Counted from the stretch's first letter, positions 29,085 to 38,022 are shown. The stretch: 64,000 nt of DNA from Calditrichota bacterium (GCA_020637445.1 JACJVZ010000001.1:1583947-1647946); one strand, 5' to 3'. The notes: generated from the sequence alone by a model not told the origin. Made by a program: numbers and translations.

Positions 29085-29869
29085 TACCGTTTTAATTGCG
29101 TTGCGATGTTGATCATGTCATCGGCGGTTCGGATCGCGCGGGAATTAAGTTCGTACCCTCGCTGCGCCGTGATCAGATTGATCATTTCATTGACGATTTT
29201 CACGTTCGACGATTCGAGATAGCCTTGTTCCAGCGTTCCCGTGCCGTCAGAGCCGGGCGTCGCAGTCAGCGGATCGCCGGACGAAACGGACTGGGTGTAG
29301 ACGTTTCCGCCGTCATTCAAAAGACCTGCGGGATTCACGAAACGCGCCAACTCAATTTGACCGATTTCCGTGGGATCGACGGTACCTTGCGTCATAACGG
29401 ACACGCGGCCTTCAGGTGAGACCAAGATTGACGTGGCATCCGTCGGAATGTTGATCGGCGGTTCCATGGGAAGGCCCTGGGCATTTACGATTTGGCCCTC
29501 GGCCGTCATCTTCCACGATCCGTCACGTGTGTATCCAAGCGTTCCGTCGGGCATCAGCACTTGAAAGAACCCGTCGCCCTGAACCATCAAGTCCAGTGGA
29601 TTTCCGGTTTCTTGCGGCGTCCCCATTTCGAAATTCTTGACACTTGCAACAACGCGGGTGCCGCCGCCGACCTGCAATGGAACCGGCAGCGACGTACCTT
29701 GCTCAGTGGGAGTAGGAATGCGGATATTCTCGTAAATCAGGTCTTGAAATTCGATGCGGCTGCGCTTGTATCCGGTGGTATTCGCATTGGAGATGTTGCT
29801 CGCCGTATTGTCGAGATTCGTCTGTTGTGCATACATACCGGACGCGGAGGTGTAAAGAGCTTTGATCAT
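29084..29869 (-). CDS. flgG: Distal rod protein FlgG
   Basis: 261 aa. N-terminal ...NISNANTTGYKRSRIEFQDL and a C-terminal ...QGYLESSNVKIVNEMINLITAQRGYELNSRAI are the rod-family termini. The length fits FlgG. Confidence 0.85.
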   Translation of the reverse strand: MIKALYTSASGMYAQQTNLDNTASNISNANTTGYKRSRIEFQDLIYENIRIPTPTEQGTSLPVPLQVGGGTRVVASVKNFEMGTPQETGNPLDLMVQGDGFFQVLMPDGTLGYTRDGSWKMTAEGQIVNAQGLPMEPPINIPTDATSILVSPEGRVSVMTQGTVDPTEIGQIELARFVNPAGLLNDGGNVYTQSVSSGDPLTATPGSDGTGTLEQGYLESSNVKIVNEMINLITAQRGYELNSRAIRTADDMINIATQLKR

Positions 29870-29883
29870 GTTTTTTTGCCTTC

Positions 29884-30606
29884 TTAGACTCTGCCGATGT
29901 CATTCACGACGTGATTCAATGATGTATCCTGCGCCATCAAGAGGCGGGAACTTGCTTCATAGTGCCTTGAGGTCGCGATCATTTCGACCATTTCACGAAC
30001 GGCGTCAACATTTGACTGTTCAAGAAATCCTTGTGCGACTTGCGGACGGAGTGCGTCGCGTTCGCCGGCCGCGGAAGAGGGGTCACTGAAGAGATTATCT
30101 CCGTTTTTGGCCAGCGAGCCGGGATCGTCGAACTCTACGACTCGGAGTCTGTCGACGGGTTTGCCGTCAACGGAAACGCTTCCGTCATCGGCAACCGTGA
30201 TCGTTCCCGGGGGGAGCGTGATGTCTCCGCCGACACCCTGCACACGACGGCCTTGGGCATCGACGAGCGTGCCTTCGGCATTGCGGTCAAAGCGTCCGTT
30301 GCGCGTGTAGAACGTGCCGGAATCATCCGCGATGACGAAGAAGCCTTCTCCTTGGAGCGCGAAATCAAGCGGCGCGGTCGTGTTCTCAAGCGGACCTGAA
30401 GAGAAATTGACATAGCGTCCGGCGTTCACCGCAGTCAAGAGATTGCGGTTTTCATCGACATTTTTGCCATCGACCTGTTGTTCGAGCACGAAGCGATCCT
30501 GCTTGAATCCGGTGGTGGACGCATTTGCGAGATTGTTGGCGGTGATGTCCTGCCGCAGGAGACCTGCGCGCATCGCCGCACCTGAGTTGTAGATACCTTT
30601 TATCAT
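29884..30606 (-). CDS. flgF: Proximal rod protein FlgF
   Basis: 240 aa. ...NNLANASTTGFKQDRFVLE... and the C-terminal ...QGFLEQSNVDAVREMVEMIATSRHYEASSRLL fit a rod-family protein. First gene after the sigma-54 promoter. Confidence 0.8.
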   Translation of the reverse strand: MIKGIYNSGAAMRAGLLRQDITANNLANASTTGFKQDRFVLEQQVDGKNVDENRNLLTAVNAGRYVNFSSGPLENTTAPLDFALQGEGFFVIADDSGTFYTRNGRFDRNAEGTLVDAQGRRVQGVGGDITLPPGTITVADDGSVSVDGKPVDRLRVVEFDDPGSLAKNGDNLFSDPSSAAGERDALRPQVAQGFLEQSNVDAVREMVEMIATSRHYEASSRLLMAQDTSLNHVVNDIGRV

Positions 30607-30635
30607 AGCAGAGTTATGTTACCCGAGCAGAATAG

Positions 30636-30652
30636 TTGCAAGGATGGTGCCA
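30636..30652 (-). promoter_or_regulatory. Sigma-54 (RpoN) -24/-12 promoter driving flgF and downstream genes
   Basis: Minus strand reads CTGGCAC-CATCC-TTGCAA, a perfect TGGCAC-N5-TTGCA match. It lies about 30-45 nt upstream of the flgF ATG. Confidence 0.65.
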
Positions 30653-30802
30653 GACGCTATAACATCTTCATGCAAAATGCAAAGAAAGTTAAGCTGTGTA
30701 TCTACAGGTATTTAGCGGGAAAGAAAAGCTATGGAGATTGAGGATGTAAACAGGTGATTCGGCACAAAGTGCCGCTGCTGTTCAGGAGGGCAAGAGCGGG
30801 AT

Positions 30803-31054
30803 TTATGTCCGGAGATCGAGTGGGAACGGCTGGTTTGTCGAGCCCTGCGGCGGGGGGAGCAAACGCAGGCGAATACGCGGAGAAATTGCCAGCACCTGCA
30901 CAGTGATCGGATCGCCAACGGAAACAGGTTGTTCGGGGTCCGCGACCAAAACTCGCCCCTTGAGATCGATCATGACTCGGGTCGAAGAGAGTTTACGGCG
31001 AACTTTGGCGGTGACGATTTCACCGACGCGCAGGGGGATGTTTTGATGTGACAC
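30803..31054 (-). CDS. Hypothetical small protein at the 3' end of the fliA-containing operon
   Basis: 83 aa, beta-rich (IPLRVGEIVTAKVRRKLSSTRVMIDLKGRVLVADPEQPVSVGDPITVQVLAI). It is 8 nt after the preceding gene. No family recognised. Confidence 0.4.
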   Translation of the reverse strand: MSHQNIPLRVGEIVTAKVRRKLSSTRVMIDLKGRVLVADPEQPVSVGDPITVQVLAISPRIRLRLLPPPQGSTNQPFPLDLRT

Positions 31055-31062
31055 GACGGACC

Positions 31063-32304
31063 TTATGAATTCAAATCAAGTATTAGTTTAACTTCGTCTT
31101 GACCCATGTCAAGTTCTTGAGCGATTTCGGCAAGTGATTTCTTCTCGGCGGAAAGTTCGAGCACGCGTTTTACCCGGCGATCCATGAGCGACTCTTTCAT
31201 GGCCGCTTCGACGGTTTCAGCCGCGGGTTCAGGAGCATCTTCGGTTTTGGATTCTTCTTTTTCATCCTTCGGAGGCTCTTGGCTCTTTGGCTTGTCCTTC
31301 GAAGGCTTGGGATCGGATTTCTTTTCGGAGGCAATAGCCCGGTCAAGTGATTCGAGATCGTCTTCGAGCTCGTCGGCTTTGTCTTTCTTTTTATCCTTCT
31401 TTTCAGAATTTCGCTTGAAGAGTTTCAAAGCGGGAAGAGTAAGTTTTCCAAACGGCCAACGAATTTTTGAACCTAAGACTCCTCCAACGAGTCCGGCGAA
31501 GAAAGCGATAGCCGCCGTGATCCACCACGGAGAAGAAGCCGTTTGTTCACCCAGTTTGGGAGACGTGTGACCTGTGCGCTCGAGGTACATGGACGCATAT
31601 TCTTTAGCGGCATCGGAGTCGCCCATGATGCCGAAGTACTCGGCCAGAATTTCGAGCGCTTTCAGGCTATCTGCCGCGAGTAGTTCTTGCTTGGGCGCTT
31701 CTTCTGGAGAAAGTGCCTTCCCGCTTTCATGCTCGGGCTGCTTGTTCTCGAGTTTTTCGGGTTGGTGCTCGACGTCCGCTTCGTTGTCCGCGTATTTAGT
31801 TTCCATCGGACGGTCGCCGGGAATATATTCGGGGCCTTCGTCGTCTTTGGATTTTGTATGCGGTTTGTTTGTTGAGATCGTGTCTTCTTGAATCTGTTCG
31901 GGCTCGGCGGGTTTTTCGCTGAGCTTAGACATATCGAGCGCCAACCGCCACGTTTGACCTTTCAGCTCAGTGGCTTTCGCATAGAGCGGCTGCGTGCCTC
32001 GGACTTCCAGAACAATATGAGTGTCACCCTCGCGGAAAGCCTCGACACTTGTCAGAAGTTTAATTTGCGAAGGAAGTTTGGGCAGGAAGAATTTTTCGCC
32101 CACGGTGACGGACAGCAAATGGAGTTCGATGACGCCGCCGTCAACTTCTTTGATTTCGTATTTAACGGGCCCCGTGAACTCGCACACCATGCGGTCAAAG
32201 CCCGAATGGGAGCCAAAGCGCACGGACGAAAGCTCTTCAGCGTTGGCCACAACCGCGGTCAGCAGAAAAAGGGCAAGAGCTATTTTAGATTTGAACGTCA
32301 ACAT
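31063..32304 (-). CDS. Membrane-anchored protein: signal peptide + AMIN-like beta domain + acidic linker + one TM helix + Lys-rich region + C-terminal sigma-70 region-4-like HTH
   Basis: 413 aa. MLTFKSKIALALFLLTAVVANA is a signal peptide. VRFGSHSGFDRMVCEFTGPVKYEIKEVDGGVIELHLLSV is AMIN-like. WWITAAIAFFAGLVGGVLG is the TM helix. The KKDKKKDK stretch is followed at the C-terminus by SLAEIAQELDMGQDEVKLILDLNS, which resembles the FliA region-4 segment TLKEIGEILGLTESRVSQI. Confidence 0.6.
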   Translation of the reverse strand: MLTFKSKIALALFLLTAVVANAEELSSVRFGSHSGFDRMVCEFTGPVKYEIKEVDGGVIELHLLSVTVGEKFFLPKLPSQIKLLTSVEAFREGDTHIVLEVRGTQPLYAKATELKGQTWRLALDMSKLSEKPAEPEQIQEDTISTNKPHTKSKDDEGPEYIPGDRPMETKYADNEADVEHQPEKLENKQPEHESGKALSPEEAPKQELLAADSLKALEILAEYFGIMGDSDAAKEYASMYLERTGHTSPKLGEQTASSPWWITAAIAFFAGLVGGVLGSKIRWPFGKLTLPALKLFKRNSEKKDKKKDKADELEDDLESLDRAIASEKKSDPKPSKDKPKSQEPPKDEKEESKTEDAPEPAAETVEAAMKESLMDRRVKRVLELSAEKKSLAEIAQELDMGQDEVKLILDLNS

Positions 32305-32575
32305 GTCCGGATTCGGGTGGCGTGCGGCGGTCGCGGTCTTCTTCTTCGTTTTTGCCGCTCATATTTTCTTCTTGCTCCGAAGAGGCCTCGAAGGTATCTT
32401 CTCCGAAGGTTTCTTCGTGATGTTTCGGATGCTCCCGCTTCTCTTCTTCGATTTGCTCGACCTCATAGGAGAAGTCGCGTTTTTGTCCTTTGTGCGACGC
32501 GTCAGTTTTTTTGACGTGGTCAGATGGCGGAACGAACCGCGTATGATCGTCACTGTTAATCGGTCGGAACACCAT
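32285..32575 (-). CDS. Small acidic, probably disordered protein directly downstream of fliA
   Basis: 96 aa, rich in E/D/K/H. A strong SD (GGAGG, 5 nt before the ATG). Fills the fliA to AMIN/HTH gene gap and overlaps the next start by 20 nt. Confidence 0.45.
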   Translation of the reverse strand: MVFRPINSDDHTRFVPPSDHVKKTDASHKGQKRDFSYEVEQIEEEKREHPKHHEETFGEDTFEASSEQEENMSGKNEEEDRDRRTPPESGHVDVQI

Positions 32576-32602
32576 GCTTTCCTCCGCCTTTCAGTGAGTA
32601 AA

Positions 32603-33370
32603 TTAGCTGGACATGCGCGTCCGAACTTTGGCGCGCAAAACGAGTAGAGCTTTGGAGTGTATTTGTGAAACGCGGGATTCCGTGAGACCGAGAATCTCGC
32701 CGATTTCTTTGAGGGTAAGTTCTTCGTAGTAATAGAGCGCGACGACGAGTCTTTCCTGTTCGGGCATGTCGCGCAGTCCGTCCACCAAGAGATCGCGAAC
32801 TTCCTGTTCTTCGAGCCGTTCGTCGTGCGCGGTGAACGTCGTATCGGGCGTGGAGTCCGACAGCGACGATTCGCTTCCATCCTGCCCTTTCAGAGTGTCG
32901 TCAAGCGACAGCAGAACGGCGACGTTGACTTCGTCGAGCAGCGACCGGTATTCTTCGACGTCGAGTCCGAGATGTTCGGCAAGTTCGGCGTCTTCGGGAG
33001 AACGGCCAAGCCGGTTGGTGATTTGCTCTACGGCCTGTTCAAGTTTGCGGGCTTTGGAACGAATCGAACGCGGGACCCAATCGAGTTCTCGAAGACTGTC
33101 CACCATAGCGCCGCGGATGCGGGTCATGGCGTAGGTTTCGAACTTTATTCCCAGCGTCGGATCAAAATTGTCAATGGACGTCAGTAGTCCCATCACACCC
33201 GCTGAAACCAGATCGTCAAGTCTGACACTGCGCGGCAGAGTACCGAGAAAGCGGGTGGCCATCCGGCGCACCATCGGCAGGTACTCCATCAGGAGCTGTT
33301 CGCGCAATTCGGGACTTTGATTGCGAACGTAGGCTTCCCAGCTCTTCGCGGCAGTGTTGATGGCTTTCAT
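32603..33370 (-). CDS. fliA: Flagellar sigma factor FliA (sigma-28)
   Basis: 255 aa. Region 2 (LMEYLPMVRRMATRF...DDLVSAGVMGLLTSIDNFDP...FETYAMTRIRGAM) and region 4 (LTLKEIGEILGLTESRVSQIHSKAL). Confidence 0.9.
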   Translation of the reverse strand: MKAINTAAKSWEAYVRNQSPELREQLLMEYLPMVRRMATRFLGTLPRSVRLDDLVSAGVMGLLTSIDNFDPTLGIKFETYAMTRIRGAMVDSLRELDWVPRSIRSKARKLEQAVEQITNRLGRSPEDAELAEHLGLDVEEYRSLLDEVNVAVLLSLDDTLKGQDGSESSLSDSTPDTTFTAHDERLEEQEVRDLLVDGLRDMPEQERLVVALYYYEELTLKEIGEILGLTESRVSQIHSKALLVLRAKVRTRMSS

Positions 33371-33380
33371 AGATCAGCGG

Positions 33381-33641
33381 TTAGGAGCTTGCCGCTCCTC
33401 CAGTTGGATTGGCACCGGAGCTTTCATGTTGTTGTATGAGAGCGCGATGGCTTAGGTACTGAAAGAGGACTTCCGCGGACTGTGTCAGAATAACGAGAAC
33501 CGCCCATAGGCCAATGACGCGAATCGCGACGATGTGCATGGGCCATTCCATGGCAAGGGCAAAAGCCGTGACTACGAGGACAATGACTCTGCGCAGGGAA
33601 ACGAACAAATCATGAAGTGCGGATGAAGGTTTCTTAGCCAT
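33381..33641 (-). CDS. Small two-TM membrane protein in the position normally occupied by flhG
   Basis: 86 aa. Two hydrophobic helices (VIVLVVTAFALAMEW, VIGLWAVLVILTQ). Sits between flhF and fliA. No ATPase motifs. Confidence 0.4.
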   Translation of the reverse strand: MAKKPSSALHDLFVSLRRVIVLVVTAFALAMEWPMHIVAIRVIGLWAVLVILTQSAEVLFQYLSHRALIQQHESSGANPTGGAASS

Positions 33642-33648
33642 AGCAAAG

Positions 33649-34842
33649 TTACATATGCGACGCGACGGATTTCAGGGAAACGAAAGACGGTGATTGCGAG
33701 TCGAACATCTTTCCGCGCAGCCACGTGTGACTGTAGCGCTCCAGTTGTCCGATAAATTTCTGACCGTTGGACAACCAAGCCAACGGTTTCTTGGTATGCT
33801 GCGAGATTGTGACCAGCGCACCGGGCTGCTGCGACTCGTCCAAACGTGTCAAGCTCATATGCGTGACGCCGACTTGTTGAAAGAGTCTGGCTACGGCGGC
33901 TTGCTCCGCAACGCGAGTCGTAGAATTCAGCACGAGATGGGTCTCGTCGGGATCGAGTGCGTCCAGCAACTCCGAAAGATCATTCAGACGTTGGTCTTCG
34001 CCGGGCGAACATCCGGGCGAATCGATAAGGATGATCTGCGAGCCGGACAGTTTGTTCAGTGCGGTCGCGACGTCCTTGGGCTGATAGACGATTTCAATTT
34101 GAAGCCCGGAAACGCGGGCAAATGTCTTCAACTGCTCGATAGCCGCAAGTCTGTGAGTATCGAGCGAAATCAAACCAATCTTGAGCTTGCCATAGCCTTG
34201 CGGGTCGGTCGCGAGCTTTTGGAGCAGCGAGGTCTTGCCCGCACCGGGAGCTCCGACCAAGGCAATCTTGTAGGGTTTGCCGTTGCGAGCCGTGATTTTA
34301 TTGGCGGCTGGCGGGGCAATTTGTCCCATCTTTGCTATAACAAATGTGGAAATATCTTCCCGTGACAAAAGGGCTTCCGGACCAAGCTGTACCAGCGCTT
34401 CGGCAGTCAGGTCGGTGGCCAGCTCTTTTTCGATACCGGCGGATGTCATCTCGGTCAGTGACTGAGACAGCTTCTCGGGCATTGTAGGCAAGTTATTGTA
34501 CTTAAAGTGCTTAACTATCTCTGACAACTGATCGCGCAAAGCCGAGACTTCCGATCTCAAAAGCGCGATTTCATACGTTTGGCCAGAAGACTGGCGGTTT
34601 TTGTTATCATCTTTAGTCTGCACATCAAGTTCATTGGCAAACTCGGTGCCACTTTCAAGCTCTACTTTAAGTTCGCGAGAGTCAGCGGCGGTTACTTCAA
34701 CAAATTCACGCCCTCCCAAACCGAAAGAACTCTCGGTGGTCTTCTTTTCTGATTTGAGGATGACGGCTCCTTCGCCCAGCTCTTGCTTAATTTTGTTGAG
34801 AGCTTCGGTGAAGCTGCGGGCGGTAAATGTGCGGGTATTCAT
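33649..34842 (-). CDS. flhF: Flagellar SRP-type GTPase FlhF
   Basis: 397 aa. G1 LVGAPGAGKTS, G3 DSPG and the NxxD-like region. An N-terminal B-domain-like region. Confidence 0.85.
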   Translation of the reverse strand: MNTRTFTARSFTEALNKIKQELGEGAVILKSEKKTTESSFGLGGREFVEVTAADSRELKVELESGTEFANELDVQTKDDNKNRQSSGQTYEIALLRSEVSALRDQLSEIVKHFKYNNLPTMPEKLSQSLTEMTSAGIEKELATDLTAEALVQLGPEALLSREDISTFVIAKMGQIAPPAANKITARNGKPYKIALVGAPGAGKTSLLQKLATDPQGYGKLKIGLISLDTHRLAAIEQLKTFARVSGLQIEIVYQPKDVATALNKLSGSQIILIDSPGCSPGEDQRLNDLSELLDALDPDETHLVLNSTTRVAEQAAVARLFQQVGVTHMSLTRLDESQQPGALVTISQHTKKPLAWLSNGQKFIGQLERYSHTWLRGKMFDSQSPSFVSLKSVASHM

Positions 34843-34848
34843 GGTGCG

Positions 34849-36942
34849 TTATCCTTCAATCTTCACGATGCCCATGGGCTGTATTCTCGTTGCGGGCGGC
34901 AACTCAGCCGTTGATAATACAATCAAGCTGGGCTGATCCACTTCAAGCAGTTTCTTGATAAAGGCTCTCGTTCCGGGAGCTGTAACGACAATGGGTTGGA
35001 AGCCTCGGTTGAGCATTCCTTGAGCAAGTTGCTTCAACGTACCGATCAACCGCTGGGTAACGGCGGTCGGTAATGCGAACTCGCTGCCTTCTTTGGCGGC
35101 GCTTCTGAGTCCGTCGGCGATCATTTGCTCGAGTTTCGGCTCCATTGTAAGTGCGGACAACATGCCCGGTTCGTCTTCATATTTTTCGGCGATAGCCTTG
35201 GAAAGCGCCGAGCGAACTGCTTCGGTGAGGTATTCCGGATCTTTGGTCATCGGCGCGTAGTCGGCCAACGTCTCGAGAATCGTCGCCATGTCTCGAATCG
35301 GCAGACCTTCACGCAAGAGGTTTTGCAGAACCTTTTGAACCTGCCCGATACCAAGCTGACCGGGGATGATTTCTTCGACGACGGCTTTGTGCGTCCGTTT
35401 GACGGCGTCGAGCAGCTCTTGCACGAGTTCACGCGACATCAAGCGGTAGCCTTCGACTTTCAGGAGTTCCGAAAGGTGCGTTGAGATCACGGCGGCAGGT
35501 TCGACCACTGTATAGCCGCGGGATTGCGCGAGCTCTTTTTGCTCGCGCGAAATCCAAATTGCAGGCAAACCGAAACTCGGGTCCTTAGTCGGAATACCCT
35601 CCACCTTCAATCCGCCTTCGCCACCGGAGAGCGCCATCAACATACCCGGACGCACCTCTCCCCTGCTCGCTTCACTTCCGCGAATACGAATGATGTAGAC
35701 ATTTGGCGCGAGCTGCGTATTGTCGCGAATGCGCACGGGCGGAATTACGAAACCGGAATCGGCGGCCATTTGTTTGCGCAAAACCGTGATGCGGTCGAGC
35801 AAATCACCACCGGGACCGCCTTCCACGAGCGGGATCAAACCGTAGCCGATTTGCACTTCGAGCGGATCTACCAGCACATAGTCTTCGAGGCGATCCTGCG
35901 GTTTCTGGACGGCAGTCTTGGCAGTTTCGGCTTCTTGCTTTACTTCTTTTTTACGTGATTCACTCACGCGACCAAGCGCAAACGTCGAAGCGGCCAAGAT
36001 GAGGAACGGAACGGTCGGCAAGCCGGGAGTGAAAGCGAACAACGCGAGCACGCCGGACGATATGAACAACGCGCGCGGATAACCCATCAATTGTCCCGTG
36101 ATATCGGAACCGAGGTTGCCTTCCGTCGCGGCACGTGTGACGATGATACCGCTGGCGACGGAAATCAGAAGTGCGGGGATTTGTGAAACGAGTCCGTCAC
36201 CGACCGTGAGAATCGTGAACGAAGAAGCAGAATCTTGCCACGAAAGCCCCATTTGCACCATGCCGACGCCGAATCCGCCGAGTATGTTTATCGCCGTGAT
36301 CAACAGACCCGCGACGGCATCTCCACGCACGAACTTGGAAGCACCGTCCATTGCGCCGTAGAAATCCGCTTCGCGCGAAATCTTTTCACGGCGTTTGCGG
36401 GCTTCCGCCTCGTCAATCATGCCTTGATTAAGATCCGCATCGATTGCCATCTGCTTACCGGGCATAGCGTCCAAGGTAAAACGCGCGGCGACTTCGGCGA
36501 TACGTCCGGAACCTTTGGTGATAACAATCAAGTTGATAATGACAAGAACAATAAAGATGACGAGACCGACGAAATAATTTCCCCCGACGACAAAGTTTCC
36601 GAACGCCGTGATGATAGATCCGGCATTGCCTTGTCCCAGAATCAGTCTCGTACTCGCAATGTTCAACGCCAAACGGAACAGCGTGACGACCAAAAGCAAT
36701 CCGGGAAAAACGGAGAACTTTAGCGGTTCTTCGACATAGAGCGCAGTAAGCAGAATCGCCAAGGACAAAGAAATCGAACATGCCAGCGCGATGTCCAGCA
36801 TGTACGTCGGAATCGGAATGATCATGACGACGACAATCGCGACCAGCGCGAGCGCCATAATCACGTCACTTTGTTTCAGCAGGCCGCCGAGGGTTCCCCC
36901 TTTGCGGGCTTTCGCGGTATTAGTTGCTGCGGCGGTACTCAT
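34849..36942 (-). CDS. flhA: Flagellar export gate protein FlhA
   Basis: 697 aa. N-terminal TM block with FVRGDAVAGLLI. The large cytoplasmic domain is typical. Confidence 0.9.
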   Translation of the reverse strand: MSTAAATNTAKARKGGTLGGLLKQSDVIMALALVAIVVVMIIPIPTYMLDIALACSISLSLAILLTALYVEEPLKFSVFPGLLLVVTLFRLALNIASTRLILGQGNAGSIITAFGNFVVGGNYFVGLVIFIVLVIINLIVITKGSGRIAEVAARFTLDAMPGKQMAIDADLNQGMIDEAEARKRREKISREADFYGAMDGASKFVRGDAVAGLLITAINILGGFGVGMVQMGLSWQDSASSFTILTVGDGLVSQIPALLISVASGIIVTRAATEGNLGSDITGQLMGYPRALFISSGVLALFAFTPGLPTVPFLILAASTFALGRVSESRKKEVKQEAETAKTAVQKPQDRLEDYVLVDPLEVQIGYGLIPLVEGGPGGDLLDRITVLRKQMAADSGFVIPPVRIRDNTQLAPNVYIIRIRGSEASRGEVRPGMLMALSGGEGGLKVEGIPTKDPSFGLPAIWISREQKELAQSRGYTVVEPAAVISTHLSELLKVEGYRLMSRELVQELLDAVKRTHKAVVEEIIPGQLGIGQVQKVLQNLLREGLPIRDMATILETLADYAPMTKDPEYLTEAVRSALSKAIAEKYEDEPGMLSALTMEPKLEQMIADGLRSAAKEGSEFALPTAVTQRLIGTLKQLAQGMLNRGFQPIVVTAPGTRAFIKKLLEVDQPSLIVLSTAELPPATRIQPMGIVKIEG

Positions 36943-36948
36943 TTATCC

Positions 36949-38019
36949 TTACGCCACTCCGAAGAATTTGTTCTTGATTCGATATACGTAGGCCAGCACC
37001 TCGGCGACCGCTTTATAGAGGTCTACCGGGATTTCCATTCCGATGTCGACGGATTTGAAGAGAATTCGGGCCAAAGGCTTGTTTTCAACAATTGGGACTC
37101 CGTGCTCGGCCGCGATTTCCTTGATGCGCTCGGCGACTTTGCGCGCACCTTTGGCGACGACGATTGGAGCGGAGTTCTTTTCACGGTCATACTTGATTGC
37201 TACTGCGATGTGCGTCGGGTTGGTGATGACTACGTCGGCATCAGGAACGTTTTTCATCATTCGCTTTAGAGTCGACTTGATCATCAACTCGCGAATCTTT
37301 CCCTTGACTTTCGGATCGCCTTCCTGCTGTTTCGCTTCTTCCTTGACTTCTTCCTTGCTCATTTTCAGAGATTGCTCGTGATCGTATCTCTGGTAGGCGA
37401 AGTCGGCAAAACCGATCAACATAAGCGCAAGAGCGGCATAGATAAACAAGTTGTCCAGCAAACGGCCGATTTCGCCAATAACCTGATCGGTCGGCATATA
37501 AAAGAGCCACGGTGCTTGCAGGGCCGACGCTTTGATCGCGAAATAAAGAGCGAGTCCGACAAAGGTGAGCTTCAACAGGCTTTTACCGAGTTCTACCAAC
37601 GCGCGGACGGAAAAGAACCGTTTGAAACCTGACAGCGGGTTCAGGCGGTTCCACTGCGGCGCGGCAGCCTTCCACGACACCTTGAAACCCACTTGAGAAA
37701 TATTCACGACCAATCCGATGACCAGAATCGACAGTAGGAACGGAAAGATCACTTTGCCAACGACTGTGATTTCTTGTTGAAATATCGAAATGCCTTGACC
37801 ATTCTCAAACCTTAATGAACCGGATCGGCGAATCATATCTTTCAGCATTTCGCCGAGTCCGTTGATAATACCGGAACCCAGCACTGAAAGCGAGATGGCC
37901 GCTCCGAGCAGCAGGACGGCCGAATTCAGATCTTGAGACCGCGCGACCGAACCCTTTTCACGCGCCTGCTGCCGGCGCCGTGGAGTAGGTTTTTCAGTTT
38001 TTGAATCGCGATCAAACAT
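36949..38019 (-). CDS. flhB: Flagellar export switch protein FlhB
   Basis: 356 aa. NPTH autocleavage motif (VVITNPTHIAVAIKY). N-terminal TM domain. Confidence 0.9.
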   Translation of the reverse strand: MFDRDSKTEKPTPRRRQQAREKGSVARSQDLNSAVLLLGAAISLSVLGSGIINGLGEMLKDMIRRSGSLRFENGQGISIFQQEITVVGKVIFPFLLSILVIGLVVNISQVGFKVSWKAAAPQWNRLNPLSGFKRFFSVRALVELGKSLLKLTFVGLALYFAIKASALQAPWLFYMPTDQVIGEIGRLLDNLFIYAALALMLIGFADFAYQRYDHEQSLKMSKEEVKEEAKQQEGDPKVKGKIRELMIKSTLKRMMKNVPDADVVITNPTHIAVAIKYDREKNSAPIVVAKGARKVAERIKEIAAEHGVPIVENKPLARILFKSVDIGMEIPVDLYKAVAEVLAYVYRIKNKFFGVA

Positions 38020-38022
38020 GCA

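Noticed and set aside
32359-32880. 173-aa minus-strand ORF overlapping the 3' part of fliA in another frame
   Set aside because: Out-of-frame overlap with a well-supported sigma-factor gene. Its composition is basic and low-complexity, typical of frame-shifted translation.
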